A DNA stretch of 64,000 nt, taken from positions 2,378 to 66,377 of IMG/VR virus record IMGVR_UViG_3300029904_000009; one strand, written 5' to 3'. Every line of letters begins with the position of its first letter. Positions within the stretch are counted from its first letter, which is position 1. Both the position numbers and the translations under genes were made by a program. The DNA is from a virus. Positions 56,449 through 64,000 of this stretch are shown piece after piece. The notes beneath the pieces were generated by a model. That model was not told the origin of the DNA and did no database searches. It saw nothing but the letters and a program-made list of their open reading frames with translations.

Positions 56449-56462
56449 CGAACAGATGTTCG
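56449..56462. promoter_or_regulatory. Gram-positive LexA (Cheo/DinR) box
   Basis: CGAACAGATGTTCG is an exact match to CGAACRNRYGTTCG. Confidence 0.55.
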
Positions 56463-56658
56463 ATGGCCCTCTCGTTTGAACCACCCCAAAAATTGGGCAA
56501 CATTGTTAAAAATTTAACAAAGAAATTTTCTAAAGAATTTCAAAAAAGACTTGACTTTCTTTCAATCTTGTGTTACAATAAGAGTGTAAAGAAGAACAGG
56601 AAAGAGTTTGGTTCACTTCACTTGACTAAAGTGCAAGGACAAGGAAAGGATGTTCACT

Positions 56659-56841
56659 ATGATGACCACTAAAGAGCTTAAGGCCAACGGTCTCAACTTC
56701 ATCGTGTACGGCAGACGGTACGACGGCGTTTTGGTTGACCTGGACTACACGAACACCAGAATGGAAGCGGTTGCTTCTAAGGCGGAGTTCGACAAACACC
56801 GGCACATTGAGTACCCCAAGACTTGGATTAAGAAGGTGTAA
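56659..56841 (+). CDS. hypothetical early protein
   Basis: Has its own promoter and an AGGAAAGGA RBS; followed by the hairpin GCGACCGAG..CTCGGTCGC. Confidence 0.65.
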   Translation: MMTTKELKANGLNFIVYGRRYDGVLVDLDYTNTRMEAVASKAEFDKHRHIEYPKTWIKKV

Positions 56842-57126
56842 TAAAATGCGACCGAGTTACCAAGCTCGGTCGCAACAGCCCAGAAAATTGTACCACACTT
56901 TCGCCGTTTTGTCAATAGTTTTTTTGAAAATTTTTCGATTTTGTCAAAGTGCCCAATTTGAGACTAGTGGGATTGGACACTTTGACGAAAGCGAAGGTTT
57001 TGTGTAAGATGAACAACAAAGACAATCAATCTTTGTTGACAATGATGAATGATTATCTATTGACAATGAACTAAAGATGTAGTACAATACAATTAGAAAA
57101 GGAAAGGTACTAAGGTACAGAAAGGA

Positions 57127-57384
57127 ATGACTACTATGATGTGCAACACCATTTGCTACAAGCAGAAAGAACCTACTTATTACAACAAAGGTACTAAGTG
57201 GGAAAAGACTTGTGATACATTTCTTCTGTGCTATGTGTATGGTAATGATGAGCAGGCACAGCAGAGATGTGATGAAATGAATGAGTTGCTTAAGACTAAT
57301 CCAGACAAGATTAGCAGAGAGCACAGAGTTGACGCAACTAACATTGATTACTTCTTTGTGAACAAGCAGGAAGAAATGTACTAA
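57127..57384 (+). CDS. hypothetical early protein
   Basis: Has its own promoter (57060) and an AAAGGA RBS; the exact start is uncertain. Confidence 0.65.
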   Translation: MTTMMCNTICYKQKEPTYYNKGTKWEKTCDTFLLCYVYGNDEQAQQRCDEMNELLKTNPDKISREHRVDATNIDYFFVNKQEEMY

Positions 57385-57515
57385 TCAATTCCAACAACGA
57401 CCGAAAAAGCCCTATATGGCACAGTAGAAAATCGCAGTTATTTCAAATAAAACACTTGACAAATCAGCTTGTTTGTGTTATCATTAAATCAAGCTAAAGG
57501 AAAGGATGAACCACA

Positions 57516-57815
57516 ATGACAGAAGAATACAAGAGACAGACTAATGAACTGTTCTACAATGTAACTCACAGAGGAAGCAAGGTATCAGAAGCAAGCTTGA
57601 CTGAACTGCTTGCAATGCAGAAAGGACTTGAAGCTTTCATCAAAGAAAAGAAGCAAAAGGAGTTTGAGGAAGATGTAAAGGAACTGAGAGAAGCCTTTGA
57701 GAGATTCCAGGCCAAGTATCCAGGTGCTAACTGGTATGTGCAGGTGGAGCAGGAGGGGTGCTTTGAGGAGCATGACCTGTTTGACCTGATGGACTTCACC
57801 GAAATCGAGCCTTAA
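57516..57815 (+). CDS. hypothetical early protein
   Basis: Promoter at 57456, RBS, 99 aa; followed by the hairpin AAAGCGGCC-TTCG-GGCCGCTTT. Confidence 0.7.
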   Translation: MTEEYKRQTNELFYNVTHRGSKVSEASLTELLAMQKGLEAFIKEKKQKEFEEDVKELREAFERFQAKYPGANWYVQVEQEGCFEEHDLFDLMDFTEIEP

Positions 57816-57817
57816 CA

Positions 57818-57840
57818 AAGCGGCCTTCGGGCCGCTTTCC
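57818..57840 (+). terminator. stem-loop terminator
   Basis: AAAGCGGCC-TTCG-GGCCGCTTT with a UUCG tetraloop, right after stop 57815. Confidence 0.7.
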
Positions 57841-58019
57841 CTACCTACCTGGTTAGCCACCGCTAACGTCCGCTGCAGCCCTAGCCACTTCACCGCACTA
57901 AAGCGTTAAATTGAAAAAGAAAATGCAAGAAAACTTGCAAAAAAACTTTTCCTAAAAGGCTTGACAAATCCAACTTGTTGTGGTACAATACAATTACAGA
58001 AATGAAGGGAGAAATTACA

Positions 58020-58406
58020 ATGACTAAGATTTTTAAGAACCTGCTTCTCGGCCTCTGTGTGGTGTTCATCGCCTGGGTGATTGTGTCCTGGGTGGACATT
58101 GTAACCGATAACTGTAAGCCGAACCCCGTGCACAATCCCTACAATCTGTTTGTCCTCCTCTTTGATAAGGACAAACCCGAAGCGGAGCCGGAGATGGACG
58201 GCCAGTGCGGCGATCCCCTCTCCGTATTCAATGTAACTACGGGGTACATCCAGCAGAAGAACGACACCAAGGTGTGGTTCGTGGCAGAAAATGGAAACAC
58301 CTATGTAACAGAAGTCGGTAATGTTGAAAACTTCGCCCTCGAAGGGTATTACACCCTGATGTTGGACGGCGACCAAGTAGTAAAAGCCTTCGTTGAGGTC
58401 TGGTAA
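58020..58406 (+). CDS. membrane-anchored hypothetical protein
   Basis: ATG 58020 after AGGGAG; N-terminal TM segment (LLLGLCVVFIAWVIVSWV). Confidence 0.7.
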   Translation: MTKIFKNLLLGLCVVFIAWVIVSWVDIVTDNCKPNPVHNPYNLFVLLFDKDKPEAEPEMDGQCGDPLSVFNVTTGYIQQKNDTKVWFVAENGNTYVTEVGNVENFALEGYYTLMLDGDQVVKAFVEVW

Positions 58407-58598
58407 ATACCAGGCCTCTTTTCTTTCGCAAACGGCCGCGGCACCCCGAAAAATTTTACCACACTTTTCGCCGTTTGTCAATAGTTTTTTTGAAAAAATC
58501 TTGCCCAAAAAATTGATCCCGAAATTGTGCAACTTTTTGCTTGACAATCTGATTGTATTGTGGTACAATACAATCAGAAAAGGAAAGGAGAATGAACT

Positions 58599-58757
58599 AT
58601 GAACTACATCGTATTTGACAGTTACACGGGTGAGGTTGACTTCGTGAGCGCCGCAGAGGTTGAGGCCATCGAGCGAACCAGTGAGCCGGGCCGTTACTCC
58701 TTCCACGCGGAACCCAACTTCGATTGGCTGGACGAGATGGAGGAACATTTCAAGTAA
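58599..58757 (+). CDS. hypothetical early protein
   Basis: 52 aa; promoter at 58541 and AAGGAG RBS; not in the ORF track. Confidence 0.6.
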   Translation: MNYIVFDSYTGEVDFVSAAEVEAIERTSEPGRYSFHAEPNFDWLDEMEEHFK

Positions 58758-58859
58758 AAAATTAAAAAAGGGGTTGACAAATCCCCTCAAGTATGATACA
58801 ATACAATCAGAAAGAGGGGAGAACCCCAATCAAAAAAGATGCTGAAAGGAGCAACACTT

Positions 58860-59111
58860 ATGAACGCTAATGATGCCCGCCGCATGGTCAACGACTACCG
58901 CCGCTCTCGTGAGGAAGAGATGCAGTCCCGAGCCGCCAAACTCCGCAAGGAGGTAGACAAGAGTATTCAGAGCCAAGCCAGCGTTGGCGGTATCGCCACT
59001 TTCATTCCTCGTCCGGCTCGTCTGGTGGAGCGTTACCTGGTGCAGATGCTGACCGATGACGGTTTCACCGTGGAGACGACCAACGACAACAACCTTCGGA
59101 TTGCCTGGTAA
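58860..59111 (+). CDS. hypothetical early protein (ends ...NLRIAW)
   Basis: ATG 58860 after AAGGAG; the C-terminus resembles that of 59842-60144. Confidence 0.7.
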   Translation: MNANDARRMVNDYRRSREEEMQSRAAKLRKEVDKSIQSQASVGGIATFIPRPARLVERYLVQMLTDDGFTVETTNDNNLRIAW

Positions 59112-59217
59112 AAAAATTCCCCGCAGGGGGTTGACAAAACCCCCTGCGTGTGGTACAATACAATCAGAAAGAGGGAAAACCTCAAAACCCAACACTTAAT
59201 CTAAGGAGGATAAAAAG

Positions 59218-59760
59218 ATGGGTATGCACAAGAATAACAACGAGGCCGTCAGCAAGATTCGTGAGCAGATGTGGCAGTTGGCCCGACACAATCAGATCAT
59301 CGAGGATGAAATCTACCGCATGGTCGTTGACGCTATGGCCGCTTTCGACGATTTCCTGTTCCCCGGCCAGATTCTCAGCATCGTCCGCCAGCGTATCGAG
59401 AACATGGAGGCCGCTATCGAGTACAAGGAGAACATGACCGCCGCCGCCGCCAGCCTCTCCACCCGTGAAGTCGCCGCTAATCTCCGACTGCTGGGTATCG
59501 TTCATCCTTGCGGTGACGGGTTCGAGGTTCTCAGCTGGGACAGCCTCAAATACCACAGCCGCAATTATGGCTGGACGATGAAGGAGAGCCGCCACTGTTC
59601 CATCCGGCACGCAAGGAGCAAGGGCTTGCGGGTAGTCCCCAAGAACTGCGGGAAAGAGGCCATCACCATCGAGAAGAACGGCGTCCCCTTCACCGTGAAG
59701 GTTGACAAAATCGCCTACAAGCTGGTTGACACCAGCAAGACTTTCCTCAAGGGTGAGTGA
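59218..59760 (+). CDS. hypothetical early protein
   Basis: 180 aa; promoter at 59131 and AAGGAGG RBS. Confidence 0.75.
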   Translation: MGMHKNNNEAVSKIREQMWQLARHNQIIEDEIYRMVVDAMAAFDDFLFPGQILSIVRQRIENMEAAIEYKENMTAAAASLSTREVAANLRLLGIVHPCGDGFEVLSWDSLKYHSRNYGWTMKESRHCSIRHARSKGLRVVPKNCGKEAITIEKNGVPFTVKVDKIAYKLVDTSKTFLKGE

Positions 59761-59841
59761 AAAAGGAGTTGACAAGTCGCCCCTTCTGTGGTACAATAAG
59801 ACCATGGAAGGGGCGAGATCCCAAGAAAGGATGAGTGAAAA

Positions 59842-60144
59842 ATGTGTAATGTGAATATGTGTGAATTGTGCAAAGACCTCATGCCGGCCTCCGAAGCCCT
59901 CAAGAACGCCGAAAGCAAGCATGACAGAAACTTTAAAAAGTTCATCGTCAGAGTAAATGACCTCATTAAATTATGGAGTAATCGCGGCAAGTATTCCTGC
60001 GTTCTCTACTTTGAGGACATCGAACCTTTTTCCCGGCCGAACATCACTCAGCTCCATGCCGTTTGTGAAATGCTGGAAATCAAAGGCTACAAAACAAGAT
60101 ACGTTGAGGGCAAGAACCAGCGACTGGAAATTTCGTGGTGTTAG
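59842..60144 (+). CDS. hypothetical early protein (ends ...LEISWC at TAG)
   Basis: Promoter at 59769 and AAGGA RBS. This is the only supported gene in the window whose natural end appears to be TAG. Confidence 0.7.
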   Translation: MCNVNMCELCKDLMPASEALKNAESKHDRNFKKFIVRVNDLIKLWSNRGKYSCVLYFEDIEPFSRPNITQLHAVCEMLEIKGYKTRYVEGKNQRLEISWC

Positions 60145-60204
60145 TCAAAATGCACAAGGCGACCTGCACAAAGCGGGCCGCCTCTTTTTGTACAAAATTA
60201 CCTA

Positions 60205-60294
60205 TTGACAAGTCGCCCGGAATGTGGTATAATGGCGCGTCGTTTCGGGCGCCTGCGCCCGCAAAATTGTACCACACCCAGCGCCGTTTGTCAA
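60205..60294. repeat. convergent-promoter module, copy A
   Basis: Near-identical to 62416-62506. Forward TTGACA-17-TATAAT and reverse TTGACA-17-TACAAT flank GGCGCGTCGTTTCGGGCGCCTGCGCCCGC. Confidence 0.85.
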
Positions 60295-60597
60295 GAGGAA
60301 AATTGAACAAATTTTGGCCCGATTTGAGATCCCGATTTGTGCAATCTGCCAGTTGACTTCTGCCTGCCCCTGTGATACAATACAATTACAGAAAGGGAGA
60401 GGGCGACAGCCCGAAAGAGATTTCAAAAAAAATCAAAAAAGGGCTTGACAAACTCCCCAGTCTGTGGTACAATAAAGATGTCAAGAGGGAGAGGGATTGC
60501 AAGAGCGGTTCCAAAAAATCTCCAAAAAAAATTAAAAAAACTCTTGACAAGCCGCCGAAAGTGTGGTACAATAAATACAGAAAGAGAGGTGAGGAAC

Positions 60598-61020
60598 ATG
60601 GACGAAAAGAAAGCGCCACGCAAGCGGCTCACCAAGGCAGAACTCACGGAAGTCCTACTCAAAAAGGTCAATGACTGGATTGAGGGCGGGGACAGTCCAG
60701 AGGACGCCGTAGGCAAGTTGACCGACAAGCAGTATGACTTTCTCATCGACCAAGGCGTTGACTTCGATAGTTTACTGCTATCGCCGGAGCAACTGAAAAA
60801 CGCCCAGTCTATTATGGGGAAACAGGCCGGGCGCAGAAAGGGGATGAAGTATAACAAGAAGTACCCCAAGAGCAAACAAGACCTGTTCAACGGCATAGTC
60901 GAATACCTGCAAGGACAGGGCGCAGAGATTATGCCAGCCGAACGCCAGAATTTCCGTGATTTGGATTTTACGCTGAACGGCGTACACTACAAAATAGTGT
61001 TAAGCAATCCGCGGAAATAA
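60598..61020 (+). CDS. hypothetical early protein
   Basis: ATG 60598 after GAGGTGAGGA; 140 aa. Confidence 0.75.
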   Translation: MDEKKAPRKRLTKAELTEVLLKKVNDWIEGGDSPEDAVGKLTDKQYDFLIDQGVDFDSLLLSPEQLKNAQSIMGKQAGRRKGMKYNKKYPKSKQDLFNGIVEYLQGQGAEIMPAERQNFRDLDFTLNGVHYKIVLSNPRK

Positions 61021-61068
61021 GAAACGACCATCAAAAAATTATCTGCTAATCTGAAAGGGGAAAAAATT

Positions 61069-61482
61069 ATGAACACTCGTTACACTTACGCCGCTTACGC
61101 CAAGGAAGTCATCGCCATCGTCAACGGTGAAATCGAGGTCACGGACGAAATCCGCACCCGTGTTGCGGAAAAGTCCGCCGCCCTGCTGGCCGCACAGGAA
61201 GCCAAGGCCGCTTATAACGCCACCCATCCCAAGAAGAACACCGCCAAGGGTGCGTCTGAGGCCACCAAGGAAAAGGCCGCCGCTATCCAGTCCGTTCTGA
61301 CTGCCACGCCCATGACTGCCGCCGAAATCAACGCCGCTCTGGGCACGGACTACACGGCTTTGCAGGTTGCCAACGCCGTGAAGTATATCGAGGGCGTCAA
61401 GGCGTCCAAGGTTATCCGCAAGACCACCAACGCCAAGGGGCTGACCGCCGAAAAGGAGTACACCGCTTATTCCATCGGCTGA
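61069..61482 (+). CDS. hypothetical protein (Ala/Lys-rich, possible winged-HTH C-terminus)
   Basis: 137 aa with strong codon bias; PMTAAEINAALGTDYTALQVANAVK is HTH-like. Confidence 0.65.
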   Translation: MNTRYTYAAYAKEVIAIVNGEIEVTDEIRTRVAEKSAALLAAQEAKAAYNATHPKKNTAKGASEATKEKAAAIQSVLTATPMTAAEINAALGTDYTALQVANAVKYIEGVKASKVIRKTTNAKGLTAEKEYTAYSIG

Positions 61483-61580
61483 CAAAAAATCCACACAGGG
61501 GGTTGACAAACAGCCCCCTGTGTGGTAAAATAAGAATGTAGCAAGGAACAAAATAGATACATGAAAGGAATGTAACACTA

Positions 61581-62360
61581 ATGTTCGAGAAAAAGCACTA
61601 TCTGGTTTTTGACTGTGAGGGCACCAACGACACCGCCACTTTCGGGGACGGCAAGGACGACAAGCCGCAACTGCCCTATGACTGCTCCGGCGTTATCATG
61701 GAGCGTGACGGAACAATCGTTGACCGCTTCGCCTATCTCTGCAAGGAAGTTTTCACCGACTGCAAGCTCATGGACAGCGCTTTTTACAAGCGCAAAATGC
61801 CGGAGTATCTGGACAGAATTGCCAACGGTGAAATCGACCCCATGAGCGCAAGCGACATTTTCACCAACCTGAACGCCCTTTGTGAGGAATACAACATTCC
61901 GGATATGTGGGCTTACAATGCGGACTATGATGTAAACGCTCTGCGTAACCTGTTCACCAAGTACCGCCGCAAGCACGGCTTTGACCGTGAAAGCGCACAG
62001 AAAGTGCTTGCCCTGCGTCCCCGTGACATTATGACCGCCGCCGTGGAAAGTCTGGTAGGCCCCCGCAAGTATTACAAATTCATCAAGGAGCACGGCTATT
62101 TCTCCGGCAAGAACAATGTCCGCTATGGTGCGGAGTTCATGTATCAGTTCATCACGGGGGACACCACTTTCCAAGAGGAGCACAAGGGGCTGGACGATGC
62201 AATCATCGAAAGCGAAATCCTTGCCCGTGTGTTCGCCGCCAAGAAAAAGGTAAACGGCGACCTTGCCCCGAAATACTACTACTCCCGTGTAAATGCCAAG
62301 TGCAAGCACGAGGGCGGGAGCAAGCCGGTAGGCCGGCCGCGCAAAGTCACCTGTGACTAA
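61581..62360 (+). CDS. DEDDh (DnaQ-like) 3'-5' exonuclease
   Basis: ExoI VFDCEGT, ExoII YNADYD, ExoIII HKGLDDA. Confidence 0.8.
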   Translation: MFEKKHYLVFDCEGTNDTATFGDGKDDKPQLPYDCSGVIMERDGTIVDRFAYLCKEVFTDCKLMDSAFYKRKMPEYLDRIANGEIDPMSASDIFTNLNALCEEYNIPDMWAYNADYDVNALRNLFTKYRRKHGFDRESAQKVLALRPRDIMTAAVESLVGPRKYYKFIKEHGYFSGKNNVRYGAEFMYQFITGDTTFQEEHKGLDDAIIESEILARVFAAKKKVNGDLAPKYYYSRVNAKCKHEGGSKPVGRPRKVTCD

Positions 62361-62365
62361 ATATC

Positions 62366-62398
62366 CATCCGGGGTGCATGAATATGCACCCCGGAATT
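62366..62398 (+). terminator. stem-loop terminator
   Basis: TCCGGGGTGCAT-GAAT-ATGCACCCCGGA followed by a T-tract. Confidence 0.75.
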
Positions 62399-62415
62399 TT
62401 TGTGCATTTTGCCTA

Positions 62416-62506
62416 TTGACAAACGCCCCGGAATGTGGTATAATGGCGCGTCGTTTCGGGCGCCTGCGCCCGCAATATTGTACCACACCCAGCCCTGGTT
62501 TGTCAA
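62416..62506. repeat. convergent-promoter module, copy B
   Basis: Same core as 60205-60294; the reverse promoter has an 18-bp spacer. Confidence 0.85.
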
Positions 62507-62643
62507 TAGTTTTTTTGAACAAAAGTTGAGAAAATTTTTCTCCCAAATTTGTGCAACATTTCCCCTGGAATTGGAAAAAATTGTCTTGACTTCTGCCGCC
62601 CCTTGTGGTAAACTATTATCAGAAAGGGAAAGGAGAGATCCCC

Positions 62644-62748
62644 ATGAAAAAGAAGATGTCCCCCGAAACCGAATTGGCTATCGGTATGGCTATCGTGTGT
62701 ATCATGGCCGCCGCCCTCTGGTGGGCAGTCCTCAGTTACTTCTCTTAA
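62644..62748 (+). CDS. small membrane peptide
   Basis: 34 aa, MKKKMSPETELAIGMAIVCIMAAALWWAVLSYFS; promoter at 62586 and AAGGAG RBS. Confidence 0.6.
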   Translation: MKKKMSPETELAIGMAIVCIMAAALWWAVLSYFS

Positions 62749-62837
62749 AAAAAATCTAAAAAATCTGAAAAACCACTTGACAAGAAAAAATTTTTGGTGT
62801 ATAATTAAGGTACAGAAAAGGAAAGGAGAACACTTCA

Positions 62838-63302
62838 ATGAATAAGATGATTTGCTTCGACATGGACGGCACTATCGCTGACCTGTACTCGGTGGACGGA
62901 TGGCTGGAATACCTGCGGGCGGAAAATCCGTGGCCATACCTGGCGGCTCGCCCCATGTGCGACATGAACGCCCTGCGGGATGTGCTTCTGAAACTCAAGG
63001 AGCAGGGCTGGGAAATCCGGGTAATTAGCTGGCTGGCAAAGGACAGCTCCGAGGCATACAAGGACGCTGTACGGATGGCAAAGATGGGCTGGCTTCTCAA
63101 CTACGACTTCCCGATGGATGCCTGCCACCTGGTCGCATACGGCACCACGAAAGCCGATTGCATCCGGCGCTACCACGAGGACGGGGACAACTTCATCCTC
63201 ATCGACGACAACAACAAAGTCCGCAACGGCTGGCATATGGGCGACACGATTGACCCCACGATGGTGAACATCGTTGACGCTCTGCGGGGGCTGGTGGAGT
63301 AA
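62838..63302 (+). CDS. HAD-superfamily phosphatase, 5'(3')-deoxyribonucleotidase-like
   Basis: Motif I FDMDGTIAD, motif II ISW, and motif IV LIDD. Confidence 0.8.
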   Translation: MNKMICFDMDGTIADLYSVDGWLEYLRAENPWPYLAARPMCDMNALRDVLLKLKEQGWEIRVISWLAKDSSEAYKDAVRMAKMGWLLNYDFPMDACHLVAYGTTKADCIRRYHEDGDNFILIDDNNKVRNGWHMGDTIDPTMVNIVDALRGLVE

Positions 63303-63388
63303 TCCACCGCCCCACGCAAAAAAATGCTTGACAAACAAATAAACCTGTGGTATAATCAATACAGAAAGAAACGAAAGGGGAAAATAAA

Positions 63389-63598
63389 ATGAATATTCTG
63401 ACGAGAACGGTTATCGCCCTGACTGACGAGGAACAGCAGACCCTAAGGGACGCCGCCGATATTCTGCGCGATATTGCGGGAGCGCTCGAGGACAGAGGCG
63501 GAAATGACACCGGCTACAATATCCGCAACATGGCCTCCGACCTGGAGAATTTCGTCGAGGACAACAGCGAAATCATCTGTGAGGAGGGAGAGGCATAA
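63389..63598 (+). CDS. hypothetical early protein
   Basis: Promoter at 63328, AAGGGG RBS, 69 aa; TAATG overlap with the next gene. Confidence 0.7.
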   Translation: MNILTRTVIALTDEEQQTLRDAADILRDIAGALEDRGGNDTGYNIRNMASDLENFVEDNSEIICEEGEA

Positions 63599-63984
63599 TG
63601 GTCTGGTACTTCTTGGGCGGCTTCGCCCTCTGCTATGCAATCTCCTGTATCATCTTCGGCCTATACGACAGTGAGCACTTCGACTGGTTAGGCGAAAGGT
63701 TCGCTTGGTTCTTCTATCTGTGGGCTATCCCGTTTGCGCCGGTTCTCCTGCTATATGGTTTCGTCCTCAAACCTTTCTGGATGTTCTTCCGTCATGTAAT
63801 TTGGCCGCCTCAGTGGTTCAGCCGGGAAAAGTTGCATGACTTCGCAGAGAAATACCCGTTGACTAACAAGGAGCAGAAGAACGGCAAGCCGTGGATTAAA
63901 GTACTCAACAATCACTTCGCTATCTACTACAACGGCGACAATGTCAAGAAGCGTTACGCTTATTGCCTGACCTTTGTAAAATGA
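63598..63984 (+). CDS. membrane protein
   Basis: 128 aa with an aromatic, hydrophobic N-terminal half. Confidence 0.65.
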   Translation: MVWYFLGGFALCYAISCIIFGLYDSEHFDWLGERFAWFFYLWAIPFAPVLLLYGFVLKPFWMFFRHVIWPPQWFSREKLHDFAEKYPLTNKEQKNGKPWIKVLNNHFAIYYNGDNVKKRYAYCLTFVK

Positions 63985-64000
63985 GTTCTGGCGGGGCAAC

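Larger units (their letters stand above)
56551..63356 (+). promoter_or_regulatory. array of about 17 near-consensus sigmaA early promoters
   Basis: TTGAC(A/T)-17-TA(C/T/A)AAT-like elements with -35 boxes at 56551, 57060, 57456, 57961, 58541, 58774, 59131, 59769, 60205, 60353, 60445, 60544, 61503, 62416, 62586, 62777 and 63328. Most read TGTGG before the -10. Confidence 0.85.

Noticed and set aside
56290-56480. Possible suppressor tRNA in the intergenic gap
   Set aside because: The GTTCGA string is part of the LexA-like palindrome. I could not build a cloverleaf, a CTA anticodon loop or an acceptor stem.
57906-62546. - strand ORFs in the early region (57906-58829, 59182-59922, 61039-61578, 61578-62546)
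   Set aside because: They overlap + strand genes that have promoters and RBSs, and their ends translate promoter DNA.
56551-63356. Possible CRISPR array or integron-type repeats
   Set aside because: The repeated units are promoters with variable spacers, separated by whole genes at irregular distances. No cas or integrase gene is present.

Overview
This is a 64-kb internal segment of a large tailed dsDNA phage (siphovirus-like), probably infecting a Bacillota/Clostridia host. The host call rests on sigmaA-type TG-extended promoters, strong AGGAGG ribosome-binding sites, an SLH-like domain and a Gram-positive LexA box. There are three blocks. (1) Bases 1-9.9 kb, + strand: a replication operon (Sak4-like ATPase, SSB, primase-like protein, RecD-like helicase, DnaE). 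(2) Bases 10-54 kb, mostly - strand: virion morphogenesis. (3) Bases 54-64 kb, + strand: small membrane proteins, a GH73-SLH hydrolase, and an early region with about 17 tandem sigmaA promoters. The key feature is that the apparently gene-poor 20.5-54 kb region is fully coding once TAG is read as Gln (genetic code 15). The code-11 ORF fragments line up in single frames, and TAG falls at conserved Gln positions. This yields portal, terminase, a 3238-aa tape measure protein, and 1978-aa and 2472-aa tail proteins. On top of this I see a possible code-linked regulatory circuit. Its parts are a sigmaA-driven HTH gene interrupted by a single TAG, an 18-bp palindrome shared by three sigmaA promoters, a five-copy phage-specific late-promoter motif, a TAG-gated membrane protein next to the hydrolase, and one early gene that uses TAG as a real stop. 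A -1 frameshift probably extends the tail tube protein. No suppressor tRNA, release factor, integrase or CRISPR array was found in the window. All product calls come from motif recognition by eye; no database searches were run. For the longest genes I checked the frame of every sub-ORF but read only some of the gaps codon by codon.
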